30,856 nt of DNA from Pseudomonadota bacterium (GTDB taxonomy: Bacteria; Bdellovibrionota; Bdellovibrionia; Bdellovibrionales; SG-bin7), in NCBI GenBank assembly GCA_034439715.1, contig JAWXAY010000028.1, positions 1-30,856 of the forward strand, written 5' to 3'. The notes below the pieces were generated by a model. The model saw only the letters and a program-made list of their open reading frames with translations. It ran no database searches and was not told where the DNA came from. The translations under genes and the position numbers were made by a program. Below, one piece after another: positions 8,441 through 17,179 of the stretch (position 1 is its first letter; the number at the start of each line of letters is the position of its first letter).

Positions 8441-8478
8441 TATTACACAACGTATAATTATGTGAAACACCACATAAT
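8441..8478. other. dif-like recombinase core site with an overlapping palindrome
   Basis: TATTACACAA-CGTATAA-TTATGTGAAAC; the right arm matches the E. coli XerD arm TTATGTTAAAT at 9/11. Also ATTATGTG-N6-CACATAAT (8457-8478). Confidence 0.4.
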
Positions 8479-8495
8479 ATGGTGAAAGGAAATAC

Positions 8496-8993
8496 ATGGA
8501 AGAGTTAGTTAGTGCGTCGAGTCAAAATAATGTGAAACAGAAATTGACGACATTAAAGGTAAAAAGCCCGCATCGAATGATTTATGAATCTGAAGTAGTA
8601 GTGATTAAACGCCTGATCGGCGACTTAGAACAGATTCGACAAAATTTGGGGCTTTCTCAGCGAAAAATTTGCCAACTTTTGATGGTAGATCCCTCGGCAT
8701 GGACCAGATGGATAAAAACTAAGGGGGGCGCTCCCCCACATGTTTACCGAGCTTTGCAGTGGTATTTGCAGCTTATCGATAAACATCCCTCTTTAAAACC
8801 CGCACTTTTTTTAGCAGATTTTAGGGCAAGTGCTCCAACACTCCCTGCCGCACCCAATCCCGAGTTTGGTAGATTCCGAGAATCTCTTGTCCTCGTTATG
8901 AGCGAAATCAAAAGACTAAAACAGATCTATGTCTTTGCACTCCTCGCCTGTTTGGCAATTGTGGCGGTATTTGTTTTAAACCGCTTAAACTGA
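8496..8993 (+). CDS. XRE-type HTH protein with C-terminal membrane anchor
   Basis: HTH LEQIRQNLGLSQRKICQLLMVDPSAWTRW; Pro/Ala linker; short coiled coil; terminal TM IYVFALLACLAIVAVFVL; AAGGA RBS. Confidence 0.82.
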   Translation: MEELVSASSQNNVKQKLTTLKVKSPHRMIYESEVVVIKRLIGDLEQIRQNLGLSQRKICQLLMVDPSAWTRWIKTKGGAPPHVYRALQWYLQLIDKHPSLKPALFLADFRASAPTLPAAPNPEFGRFRESLVLVMSEIKRLKQIYVFALLACLAIVAVFVLNRLN

Positions 8994-9132
8994 TACCCAA
9001 GGGTGATTCAAGACCGTTTCTGACATGATTTCCCAGTCGTCTCGAGGAGTCTAATATTTGTCAAACTATACCCTTACTAATAATACATAGGTATCATGCT
9101 TGGGCAGATAACAAATAGACACCGCCAAAGAA

Positions 9133-12100
9133 CTAAATATTCCTGCGGTATTGTCCGCCCACTTCGTAGAGGGCTTGGGTCATCTGATATAGAGAACAGT
9201 GGGGAGCTGCCGACATTAAGGCTTCAAAAATATTTCGACCTTGAAGAGCTGCGTCTTTTAGTTTTTTGATTTCGCTTTCGGCCTGAGCCTTATGGTTCTT
9301 TTGAAAGGATATTAAATTATTTCGTTGCTGTTCTTTTTCCGCAATAGTGGCCCGCGCCATCGGAATTTTGGGAGGGACATAATCCGCCTTTAGGGTTTTT
9401 GGATCAATAAAAGTATTAACCCCGACGATCGGCAGTTCACCTGAATGTTTTTGATGTTCATACAACAAAGACTCTGCTTGAATTTGGCTACGCTGATACT
9501 GAGTTTCCATTGCACCTAAAACTCCACCACGTTCACTAATTCTCAAAAATTCATCTAGCACCGCTTCTTCGACGAGCTCAGTGAGCTCGTCAATAAAATA
9601 ACTACCTTGAAGAGGGTTTTCGTTAATAGCCCAACCAAATTCTTTATTAACGATCATTTGAATCGCCATAGCCCGACGCACAGATTCTTCAGTTGGTGTG
9701 GTGATCGCCTCGTCATAAGCGTTGGTATGAAGAGAATTACAATTATCAAAGAGCGCAATGAGCGCCTGCAGCGTCGTGCGAATATCGTTAAACTGAATTT
9801 CTTGCGCGTGTAAAGATCGACCACTTGTTTGAATATGATATTTTAGTTTTTGTGATCTCTCGTTAGCCTGATACAAATCGCGCATGGCAATAGACCAAAT
9901 CCTCCGCGCCACACGACCCAATACCGTATACTCAGCGTCCATTCCGTTACTAAAAAAGAATGAAAGATTAGGTGCGAACTCATCCACTTTCATTCCTCGT
10001 GACAGGTAATATTCAACAAAAGTAAACCCATTACTCAGAGTAAAGGCCAATTGAGAAATCGGATTGGCACCGGCCTCTGCAATATGGTATCCCGAAATAC
10101 TTACTGAATAAAAATTGCGAATATCATTTTTAGAAAAGTACTCTTGAATATCGCCCATCACTTTTAGAGCAAAGTCGATTGAAAAAATGCACGTGTTCTG
10201 ACCTTGGTCTTCTTTCAAAATATCGGCCTGAACAGTGCCTCTAAGGTTGGTGAGAGTTTTTTGTTTAACTTCTACGAGTTCGCTCGCACTAAGTTTTCTG
10301 CCCAACTGTGATTCTTTATGCCTCACTTGTTGATTGATAGCAGTGTTCATATAAAACGCCAAAATCATGGGAGCCGGACCATTGATAGTCATACTGACGC
10401 TAGTACTAGGAGCGCAAAGATCAAATCCGTCATAGAGCTTTTCCATGTCTTCGATGGTACAGATACTGACACCGCTCTCTCCCACTTTACCGTAAATATC
10501 GGGTCGCTGATCGGGGTCGTGTCCATAAAGAGTGACACTATCAAAAGCAGTAGAAAGGCGTTTTGCCGGCTCGCTTTGACTTAAGTAATGAAAGCGCTTG
10601 TTGGTTCGTTCGGGCGTCCCTTCGCCTGCAAACATTCGCTTGGGGTCCTCGCCAAGGCGCTTTAAGGGAAACACCCCCGCCGTATAGGGGAACTCTCCTG
10701 GAACGTTTTCTAATTTTAAAAACTTTAGGCGATCGCCCCAGTCTGATAAGTTCGGAAAAGTCACCCGCCGAATAATCGTTCCGCTGAGAGTTTTTTTGGT
10801 AAGATCTTGATTTAGAGTTTTTTCGCGAACCTGAAAATCCAATTTTTCTTTTTTGTATCTTTCGCTCTGTTTATTCCAAGACTCCAGGTGCTCTAAGGCG
10901 TCGGGCGGTAGTTTCTTTTTTTGTTTTTCACATTCAGAAGTGACAGATTTATCATTTATGACGATTTTAGTTTTTTCTAAAGCTCCCACTAGAGATGCTA
11001 TCCCGGCCTGTTCTTTTGTTCTATTTTTATAGCCACGTACACTCGCTACGATTTCCGCGAGATAATTTTGGCGCTCAGGAGGCACTATTGCCTTCTGTTC
11101 AAAACTTCTTAGGTTTTTCTTGTATTCGGCTGTTAACAAAAATCTCTGCGTGTCATGTGAGTTAAATTTTTCACACAGACTAAAAAACAATTGGTTAATC
11201 CCCACATCGTTAAACTGAGAGGCTTGAGTCAAAAAAACGGGTAAACCCTCGACGTCCTGACCAAAGACTTTGCGTGACCTACCGTACTGTTTTTTAACGT
11301 CTCGCAAGGCATCTTTAGAGCCTCGGTGATCTGCCTTATTGATGGCAACGAAGTCGGCATAGTCGAGCATGTCGATTTTCTCTAGCTGGCTAGGAGCACC
11401 AAATTCAGCCGTCATCACATAGAGACTCTTATCGCTGACCTCAGTAATCTTCATGCTGGACTGCCCGATTCCTGACGTTTCAACAATGATTAAATTAAAA
11501 TTGAGACTCTTTAATAATTTTAACATTTCCGGAATGGCGCTTGAGATTTCGCTGCCACTGCCACGAGACGCGAGTGAGCGCATAAATACTCCCTCTCGTG
11601 AAAGGGAATTCATGCGAATACGATCCCCCAAAAGTGCACCACCAGTTTTCTTTTTGGAAGGGTCCACACAGAGCACAGCTATATTAATCTCGGGCCAGGC
11701 ATTTAAAAACCGTTGCAATAACTCGTCGATGAGGCTTGATTTACCGGCTCCCCCTGTGCCCGTAATTCCTAAAACCAAGGGGGCCTTACCACCCTCAATG
11801 GCAGCTGATTTTTTTTGGTGTTCAATCGCAGTGAGGTTCAAACCAATTTCACGCTGAGGAATACGCCCCCCCGTTAAAACCTTGGGAGTACTCGTAGCCT
11901 GTTCTAAAAGGTCAAAATCACAACCTTTAATAATAAGTTCGATCATGCCATCAAGGCCCATTTTACGGCCATCGTCAGGATGAAATATTTTTTCGATTCC
12001 ATATTTTTCGAGCTCGGCTTTTTCTTCGTGAACGATGACGCCCCCACCACCTCCAAATATCTTAACGTAAGGGGCACCAAGATCATTAAGCATGTCTCGC

Positions 12101-12336
12101 ATATATTTAAAAAATTCCATATGGCCGCCCTGATAAGAGCTCACACAAATTCCTTGAGCGCCCTCTTGAAGTGCAGCATCGACAATTTCTTTAACACTTC
12201 GATTGTGGCCTAAGTGAATAACCTCAGCCCCTTGGTCTTGCAGAATTCGCCTAATAATATTTATGGTGGCGTCGTGGCCATCAAAGAGGCTCGCCGCAGT
12301 GACAATTCTAATATTATTTTTCGGCTGATAACTCAT
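9133..12336 (-). CDS. icmF: Fused isobutyryl-CoA mutase/MeaB-type GTPase
   Basis: N-terminal B12 domain (FDGHDA); GTPase motifs GTGGAGKSS and NKAD; mutase barrel with RMFAGEG (Phe, ICM type), GTVQADILKE, SISGYHIAEAG, QTSGRSL; 1067 aa. Confidence 0.96.
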   Translation of the reverse strand: MSYQPKNNIRIVTAASLFDGHDATINIIRRILQDQGAEVIHLGHNRSVKEIVDAALQEGAQGICVSSYQGGHMEFFKYMRDMLNDLGAPYVKIFGGGGGVIVHEEKAELEKYGIEKIFHPDDGRKMGLDGMIELIIKGCDFDLLEQATSTPKVLTGGRIPQREIGLNLTAIEHQKKSAAIEGGKAPLVLGITGTGGAGKSSLIDELLQRFLNAWPEINIAVLCVDPSKKKTGGALLGDRIRMNSLSREGVFMRSLASRGSGSEISSAIPEMLKLLKSLNFNLIIVETSGIGQSSMKITEVSDKSLYVMTAEFGAPSQLEKIDMLDYADFVAINKADHRGSKDALRDVKKQYGRSRKVFGQDVEGLPVFLTQASQFNDVGINQLFFSLCEKFNSHDTQRFLLTAEYKKNLRSFEQKAIVPPERQNYLAEIVASVRGYKNRTKEQAGIASLVGALEKTKIVINDKSVTSECEKQKKKLPPDALEHLESWNKQSERYKKEKLDFQVREKTLNQDLTKKTLSGTIIRRVTFPNLSDWGDRLKFLKLENVPGEFPYTAGVFPLKRLGEDPKRMFAGEGTPERTNKRFHYLSQSEPAKRLSTAFDSVTLYGHDPDQRPDIYGKVGESGVSICTIEDMEKLYDGFDLCAPSTSVSMTINGPAPMILAFYMNTAINQQVRHKESQLGRKLSASELVEVKQKTLTNLRGTVQADILKEDQGQNTCIFSIDFALKVMGDIQEYFSKNDIRNFYSVSISGYHIAEAGANPISQLAFTLSNGFTFVEYYLSRGMKVDEFAPNLSFFFSNGMDAEYTVLGRVARRIWSIAMRDLYQANERSQKLKYHIQTSGRSLHAQEIQFNDIRTTLQALIALFDNCNSLHTNAYDEAITTPTEESVRRAMAIQMIVNKEFGWAINENPLQGSYFIDELTELVEEAVLDEFLRISERGGVLGAMETQYQRSQIQAESLLYEHQKHSGELPIVGVNTFIDPKTLKADYVPPKIPMARATIAEKEQQRNNLISFQKNHKAQAESEIKKLKDAALQGRNIFEALMSAAPHCSLYQMTQALYEVGGQYRRNI

Positions 12337-13118
12337 TACTTCCCCGTAAACTGCGGCGATCGCTTTTCTATAAAGGCTCGGGTGCCTTCGATTTGGTCGC
12401 GGGAGCCAAAGAGCAAAGTAAACTCGTGCGCCTCGAGATCAAGGCCAGCCACCAAATCACAATCAAAGCCCTGATTAATAGATTTTTTTGCAGCTCCTAC
12501 GGCTAATGGGCCACGAGAAGCAATTAGGCTTGCTAACTTTAAACATTCTGGCAAGAGCGCATCAGGAGCCAATACCTTCTGCACAAGACCAAACTCAAAG
12601 GCGGTCTTCGCATCATAAAATTGGCCGGAGAAAATCATTTCACGTGCTCGGCCCACTCCCACCCAACGCGAGAGTCTTTGTGTGCCGCCATATCCGGGTA
12701 TAATTCCGAGACTCACTTCTGGGAGACCCAACTTTGCTTTTTCGCTGGCCCAAATAAAATCACAAGCCAGCGCCACTTCAAGCCCACCACCCAATGCAAA
12801 TCCATTGACCGCAGCAATTACCGGGCAGGGCAACTGTTCGATTTTTAATAAAGTATCTTGTCCATACTTGGCAAATTTTTGTGGTTCTTGTCCTTTTAGT
12901 AAACTTATTTCTTTGATGTCAGCGCCAGCAATAAAAGCTTTATCTCCCTGACCTGTGAAAATCAGACATCGCACTTCATCGTCGTGCCGTATTTTATCCA
13001 AAAATGTATTTAATTCTTCTAACAGTGGTCGATTGAGGGCGTTTAATGATTCGGGCCTATTAAATTTTAATACTCCCACGCCCTGATTTTCCTCATAGGA
13101 CAACGTTTTGTAAGACAT
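12336..13118 (-). CDS. crt: Enoyl-CoA hydratase (crotonase)
   Basis: FIAGADI, ALGGGLE and LPEVSLGIIPGYGG with both catalytic Glu; TAATG overlap with icmF. Confidence 0.93.
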   Translation of the reverse strand: MSYKTLSYEENQGVGVLKFNRPESLNALNRPLLEELNTFLDKIRHDDEVRCLIFTGQGDKAFIAGADIKEISLLKGQEPQKFAKYGQDTLLKIEQLPCPVIAAVNGFALGGGLEVALACDFIWASEKAKLGLPEVSLGIIPGYGGTQRLSRWVGVGRAREMIFSGQFYDAKTAFEFGLVQKVLAPDALLPECLKLASLIASRGPLAVGAAKKSINQGFDCDLVAGLDLEAHEFTLLFGSRDQIEGTRAFIEKRSPQFTGK

Positions 13119-13127
13119 GTATGACCT

Positions 13128-13985
13128 CTAACTTTCAGAATAATCGTAAAATCCACGACCGGTCTTCTTACCCAGCCATCCGGCCTCAACGTATTTTATT
13201 AGTAGTGGGCACGGACGATATTTAGGATCGCCTAAACCTTCATGCAGAACTTGCATGATAGCAAGACAAGTATCAAGTCCAATGAAATCAGCAAGCGCTA
13301 AAGGCCCCATCGGCTGATTGGTGCCAAGTTTCATTGCTTGATCAATATCATCAACCTGTGCAATTCCTTCATGAAGTGCAAATATAGACTCGTTTATCAT
13401 TGGCATCAGTACTCGATTTACAGTAAAACCAGGCATATCTTTTGACTCTACTAATACTTTGCCTATTTTTTTTACCAACTCTCTCATGACATCAAAAGTG
13501 GCTTGAGAGGTTTGCAGTCCCTTGATGCCTTCAACAAGCTTCATGACAGGAACGGGGTTCATGAAGTGCATCCCGGCAACTTGCTCAGGTCTTTTAGTGA
13601 CAGAGGCCATTTTAGTAATTGATATCGAAGAAGTATTACTTGTGATGATTCCGTGAGATGGCATCACCTCATCAAGTTTTTTAAAAATGTCTATTTTTAG
13701 ATTGAGATTCTCTGATACGGCTTCAACAGCAAAATCACAGTCCGAAGCATCTGCGAGATCTGTAGTAATTTGAACATTCGCCATAAGAGAAACTTTTTGC
13801 TCCGCTGTCATCACTTGCTTTTTAATAAGCCGATCACAACTCCCGGTAATATTTTCTACGGCTCCTTTTAAAGCTGCGTTAGATAGGTCCATCAGTCTCA
13901 CTTTATAGTCTTGAGCTGCAAACACTTGCGCAATTCCCGAACCCATTTGGCCAGCGCCGATGATAGCTATTTTTTTAATATTCAC
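13128..13985 (-). CDS. hbd: 3-hydroxybutyryl-CoA dehydrogenase
   Basis: [24 protein letters not shown]. Start set at GTG 13985 (GTGA overlap with the upstream gene). Confidence 0.93.
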   Translation of the reverse strand: MNIKKIAIIGAGQMGSGIAQVFAAQDYKVRLMDLSNAALKGAVENITGSCDRLIKKQVMTAEQKVSLMANVQITTDLADASDCDFAVEAVSENLNLKIDIFKKLDEVMPSHGIITSNTSSISITKMASVTKRPEQVAGMHFMNPVPVMKLVEGIKGLQTSQATFDVMRELVKKIGKVLVESKDMPGFTVNRVLMPMINESIFALHEGIAQVDDIDQAMKLGTNQPMGPLALADFIGLDTCLAIMQVLHEGLGDPKYRPCPLLIKYVEAGWLGKKTGRGFYDYSES

Positions 13986-15013
13986 TCCATCCCCCGAGGC
14001 GCATAACGCCATGTTAATAACAACTGATCGTTACTGACTTCTTTTGGTTCCGATAAATTCTTTATCGCATAAATAAAAAAACGAGAAGTTTCATTCCAGT
14101 TATGCAATGCTAAACCCAACGTGATCTGCATTTCCTTGTGCCGACCTGCCAATGGGTAAAAGCGAATCTCATCGTAACGTAATAGAATATGCGAAGAAGG
14201 GCCATAAGAAAATTTAAAGTCGATCGTGCCGCCGCCAAATTGGCGAGTATTGGCATTTTCGCTTAAAATTTCAGCTAAATAGACTTTGCCACTATACGAC
14301 CATTTTTCATGCTGACGCTCACCATAGAGTGCCGAAAGGCGCATTTTATGTTTATCTGTTGTCGTAAAAAACTCATCGAGCGATGGATCGAGAGCAACAT
14401 TGGTACTTTCAGGGCTTGTCTGCCCCACCTGGGCACTTATTCCCACTTCTTGCTTTTTTTCTTTGTAGGCCCATTTCGCTGAGAGCCAGGCGCGATTGTC
14501 CAGGTCGTTTCCACCTTCTCCATTGTGAACTGTCAACGCCGTATAAGCAAATCCTTGGCTGACATAGTAGCTAAAGCCCACGTCTCTGATTCCTAAGATT
14601 CTTTTCTGGTAAATGAGACTTCTCGGAAATAACAACTGTTCTTCGCGAGCTCCACTCTCTAATCCAAAATCGAGAGGCACTAAGCCTGCTCTAAAATTTC
14701 CGATGCCACTGGCAAATTCTCCGAAACCTTCAATGAGCCCCATGCCGCTCAATTCAACGCCGTACCTTGCCGGCTTGCCGATGAGTTCTTGATTTCCTAA
14801 AGTGATATCGGCCCACCAATGGGCATCGTTTTTCCAGCGAAATCCCACAAGTGCTTTAGCCAGCAAAAAATTCGCCGTTTTTGGTTCGGTGACTGAAAAA
14901 CTGGGCTCCAGCAATAAGCGCTGCACACCCATTTCCCCTAAGGCTTCGTCGGCTAAAGCGGTCGCATTCCCTACGATGGTCGAAAAGAGAAAGGTCCAAA
15001 ACATTTTCTTCAT
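13982..15013 (-). CDS. Putative outer-membrane porin (OprO/OprP-like barrel)
   Basis: Signal peptide ending ATALA; amphipathic beta strands; RDVG and NGEG motifs reminiscent of anion-selective porins; AGGAG RBS. Confidence 0.6.
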   Translation of the reverse strand: MKKMFWTFLFSTIVGNATALADEALGEMGVQRLLLEPSFSVTEPKTANFLLAKALVGFRWKNDAHWWADITLGNQELIGKPARYGVELSGMGLIEGFGEFASGIGNFRAGLVPLDFGLESGAREEQLLFPRSLIYQKRILGIRDVGFSYYVSQGFAYTALTVHNGEGGNDLDNRAWLSAKWAYKEKKQEVGISAQVGQTSPESTNVALDPSLDEFFTTTDKHKMRLSALYGERQHEKWSYSGKVYLAEILSENANTRQFGGGTIDFKFSYGPSSHILLRYDEIRFYPLAGRHKEMQITLGLALHNWNETSRFFIYAIKNLSEPKEVSNDQLLLTWRYAPRGME

Positions 15014-15102
15014 CTCTCCTATTTTATCTATAGAAAATTCAGGGGTCTAGAAGCATTTCTCCTGGTCTTGTAGAGACTGCAAGCAAATGTCAAAATTTTT
15101 TG

Positions 15103-16446
15103 ATGCTAAGTTGGTTATCCCTATTCATCGCAGGCCTTATGGCTGGGCATGGCGTTCAAAGCTACGCCTTACCAGTATATTCAAAGATAAATAATCAATG
15201 GCCTTCTTTAAATGTGCCCCGTTCAGAGCTTGAAAAAAACTTGAGCGAAATTCGCTCAACTCCCTGGGTAGAAGTAAAAACTGAAGCCCCTATTGTGACT
15301 TCGTGGATGAGAGAAGCCGACCTGCTCAATGCCACGCATGTTTCGAAGTGGGCATTTATGATGAACACTGCCCGACTTAAAAATTTTCCAAATGAAAACT
15401 CCCTTCCTGCCAAACAAATGGCTCTGAGTGGGCCCTGGATAATTCACCAACATCGGGACCACTGGACACAGGTTTCATTGCCCCACAGGCCAGAAAAATA
15501 TCCAGAAAAATATTGGGTCGAAAATTCTTATCTGACCGCCAAAGGCGATGATTGGGAATTTGCCGTAACAAAGAGGCCCACGTCGTTACTATCACAAGCT
15601 GACACTACCGGTAAAACCTTGTGTCAGATTAAATCCCAGGAGCGGCTGATTTTGCACTCCTTTAGTGGCCACTTTGCCAAAGTCCAAGGTTGCGGAGGAT
15701 TAGGTTTTGTGTCACTGAAGGATCTTATCACAAAGGCTCATTTCGCAAAAAATGTTTGGACCACTGATGGCACCCACGAAATTCTTCGCGTAAATATTTC
15801 TGAGATTATCGATATAAACCTTCGGCCAATCTCATTTTCTTCAATTCGTGGATTTGAATTTCATTCGGGTATTCGAATTTCTAAAGGACAAGCCGCTCAT
15901 TCAAACCAAAAATTATTTATTCGCAGAATCAAGAATGTTGTTTGGGGTTTGTCACAATTGCCTCACGCTGGCAAATTTTGGTGGAATACCGCTCAAAAAG
16001 ATTCTGAACCATCACCCGAAACTACCAATCAAGAGCTATTAAAAAGAAAACTCTTCGATATGGTCAGCTCTCCAAAAAATCCCGATGAAAAATGGGCTTC
16101 TGCTGGTGGAATTTACAGAACTGTTAATGGCAAGACCTGGCAGAAGCTCGCTCAGTTTGAAAATAATAATTACCCCATTTATATTAGCGAAAAGGGTCGC
16201 GTACTCGTAGGCCCCTATTATAGCGATGATGACGGAAAGACATTTTCTTCTTATGTCCGTTGGGATTTGCTACTTGACCTGCTCAATCAAAAGTCTCACG
16301 CCCATTTGAGCGATATAAGGCTGAGCCAGATTCAGCCTTTAGACATTACTGGAGATGCTTTAAAATTGGTTTTTCATGTCGCAAATCAATATTTATCAAT
16401 TGAAACTAAAGATTTTGGCGCGAGCTGGCAGCTCATGAAGAAATAG
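15103..16446 (+). CDS. Secreted protein with SH3-like repeats and C-terminal Asp-box (BNR) repeats
   Basis: Signal peptide; SH3b-like segments (HWTQV..KYWV, HFAKV..LGFV); Asp-box-like motifs YRTVNGKTW, YSDDDGKTF, ETKDFGASW. Confidence 0.7.
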   Translation: MLSWLSLFIAGLMAGHGVQSYALPVYSKINNQWPSLNVPRSELEKNLSEIRSTPWVEVKTEAPIVTSWMREADLLNATHVSKWAFMMNTARLKNFPNENSLPAKQMALSGPWIIHQHRDHWTQVSLPHRPEKYPEKYWVENSYLTAKGDDWEFAVTKRPTSLLSQADTTGKTLCQIKSQERLILHSFSGHFAKVQGCGGLGFVSLKDLITKAHFAKNVWTTDGTHEILRVNISEIIDINLRPISFSSIRGFEFHSGIRISKGQAAHSNQKLFIRRIKNVVWGLSQLPHAGKFWWNTAQKDSEPSPETTNQELLKRKLFDMVSSPKNPDEKWASAGGIYRTVNGKTWQKLAQFENNNYPIYISEKGRVLVGPYYSDDDGKTFSSYVRWDLLLDLLNQKSHAHLSDIRLSQIQPLDITGDALKLVFHVANQYLSIETKDFGASWQLMKK

Positions 16447-17179
16447 TCGCTAACCCTTCTATCATTTTTTCCCTAACTAGGTTTTGTAAACTCTCTAAAT
16501 TTTCTAAATTATATTTGCCAGCATCAATGGTCGGCAAAATTTTAACAGTGACCACCGTTTGCCAATGATCAGCGCCCGGAAGTAAACTTTTTTTCTTTAG
16601 GAGATGATGGGCATTTTTGATAACGATAGGTACCAATAGTGCCTTTGACTCGATCGCAAAAATAAAAGGCCCATTTTTGAACCGCCCAATGACATTATCT
16701 ATTTGCCGAGTGCCCTCGGGTGCCAATATAAAATTGGTTCCTTTCTGTAGACTCTCATAAACGGTGCGGTACATCGCTAATACCTTGTCTCTTTTGCTGC
16801 GCTCAATTTTTAAGGCGTTCACACTTCTCATACCTAATGACAAAAAGGGAATTCTAAATAGTTCTTCCTTGGCCCCAAAACGAATAGGAAGCTTCAGTGC
16901 GGCTACCAAAACCGGAATATCGTAGTGAGAACAGTGGTGAAATAAAAATAAACTCCCCTTTTGTGGCAAGTTCTCGCGGCCAAAGACTCTTAATCTACCG
17001 CCAGCGCTAAGCAGTAGAGTCCAGCCCCACAACCAGGGAAGAACAACAAAACAAATTCTGTCCCATCCCAAAGTACGCGTCAGCAAAAGTAAAATACTAC
17101 AGATAACAGTAAACACTCCGACGCAAAAAATAGCAAAAAGTGCGCGCACACGAGTTAACACCCACCTTAAAAGCGACAC
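16433..17179 (-). CDS. plsC: 1-acyl-sn-glycerol-3-phosphate acyltransferase family protein
   Basis: HCSHYD (HX4D), AKEELF, APEGTR, FKNG; N-terminal hydrophobic helix. Confidence 0.9.
   Translation of the reverse strand: MSLLRWVLTRVRALFAIFCVGVFTVICSILLLLTRTLGWDRICFVVLPWLWGWTLLLSAGGRLRVFGRENLPQKGSLFLFHHCSHYDIPVLVAALKLPIRFGAKEELFRIPFLSLGMRSVNALKIERSKRDKVLAMYRTVYESLQKGTNFILAPEGTRQIDNVIGRFKNGPFIFAIESKALLVPIVIKNAHHLLKKKSLLPGADHWQTVVTVKILPTIDAGKYNLENLESLQNLVREKMIEGLATISS

Larger units (their letters stand above)
8241..9118. repeat. Dispersed 11-bp motif ATAA(C/T)A(C/A)ATAG on both sides of the HTH gene
   Basis: Copies: 8241-8251 (+) ATAACACATAG; 8334-8344 (-) ATAATACATAG; 9080-9090 (+) ATAATACATAG; 9108-9118 (+) ATAACAAATAG; a weaker copy at 8436-8446 (-). 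Confidence 0.55.

Noticed and set aside
8288..8497. 69-aa minus-strand ORF in the recombinase-HTH spacer
   Set aside because: Composition (I/Y/F/N-rich) reflects AT-rich DNA; no convincing RBS; overlaps regulatory repeats and the HTH start.
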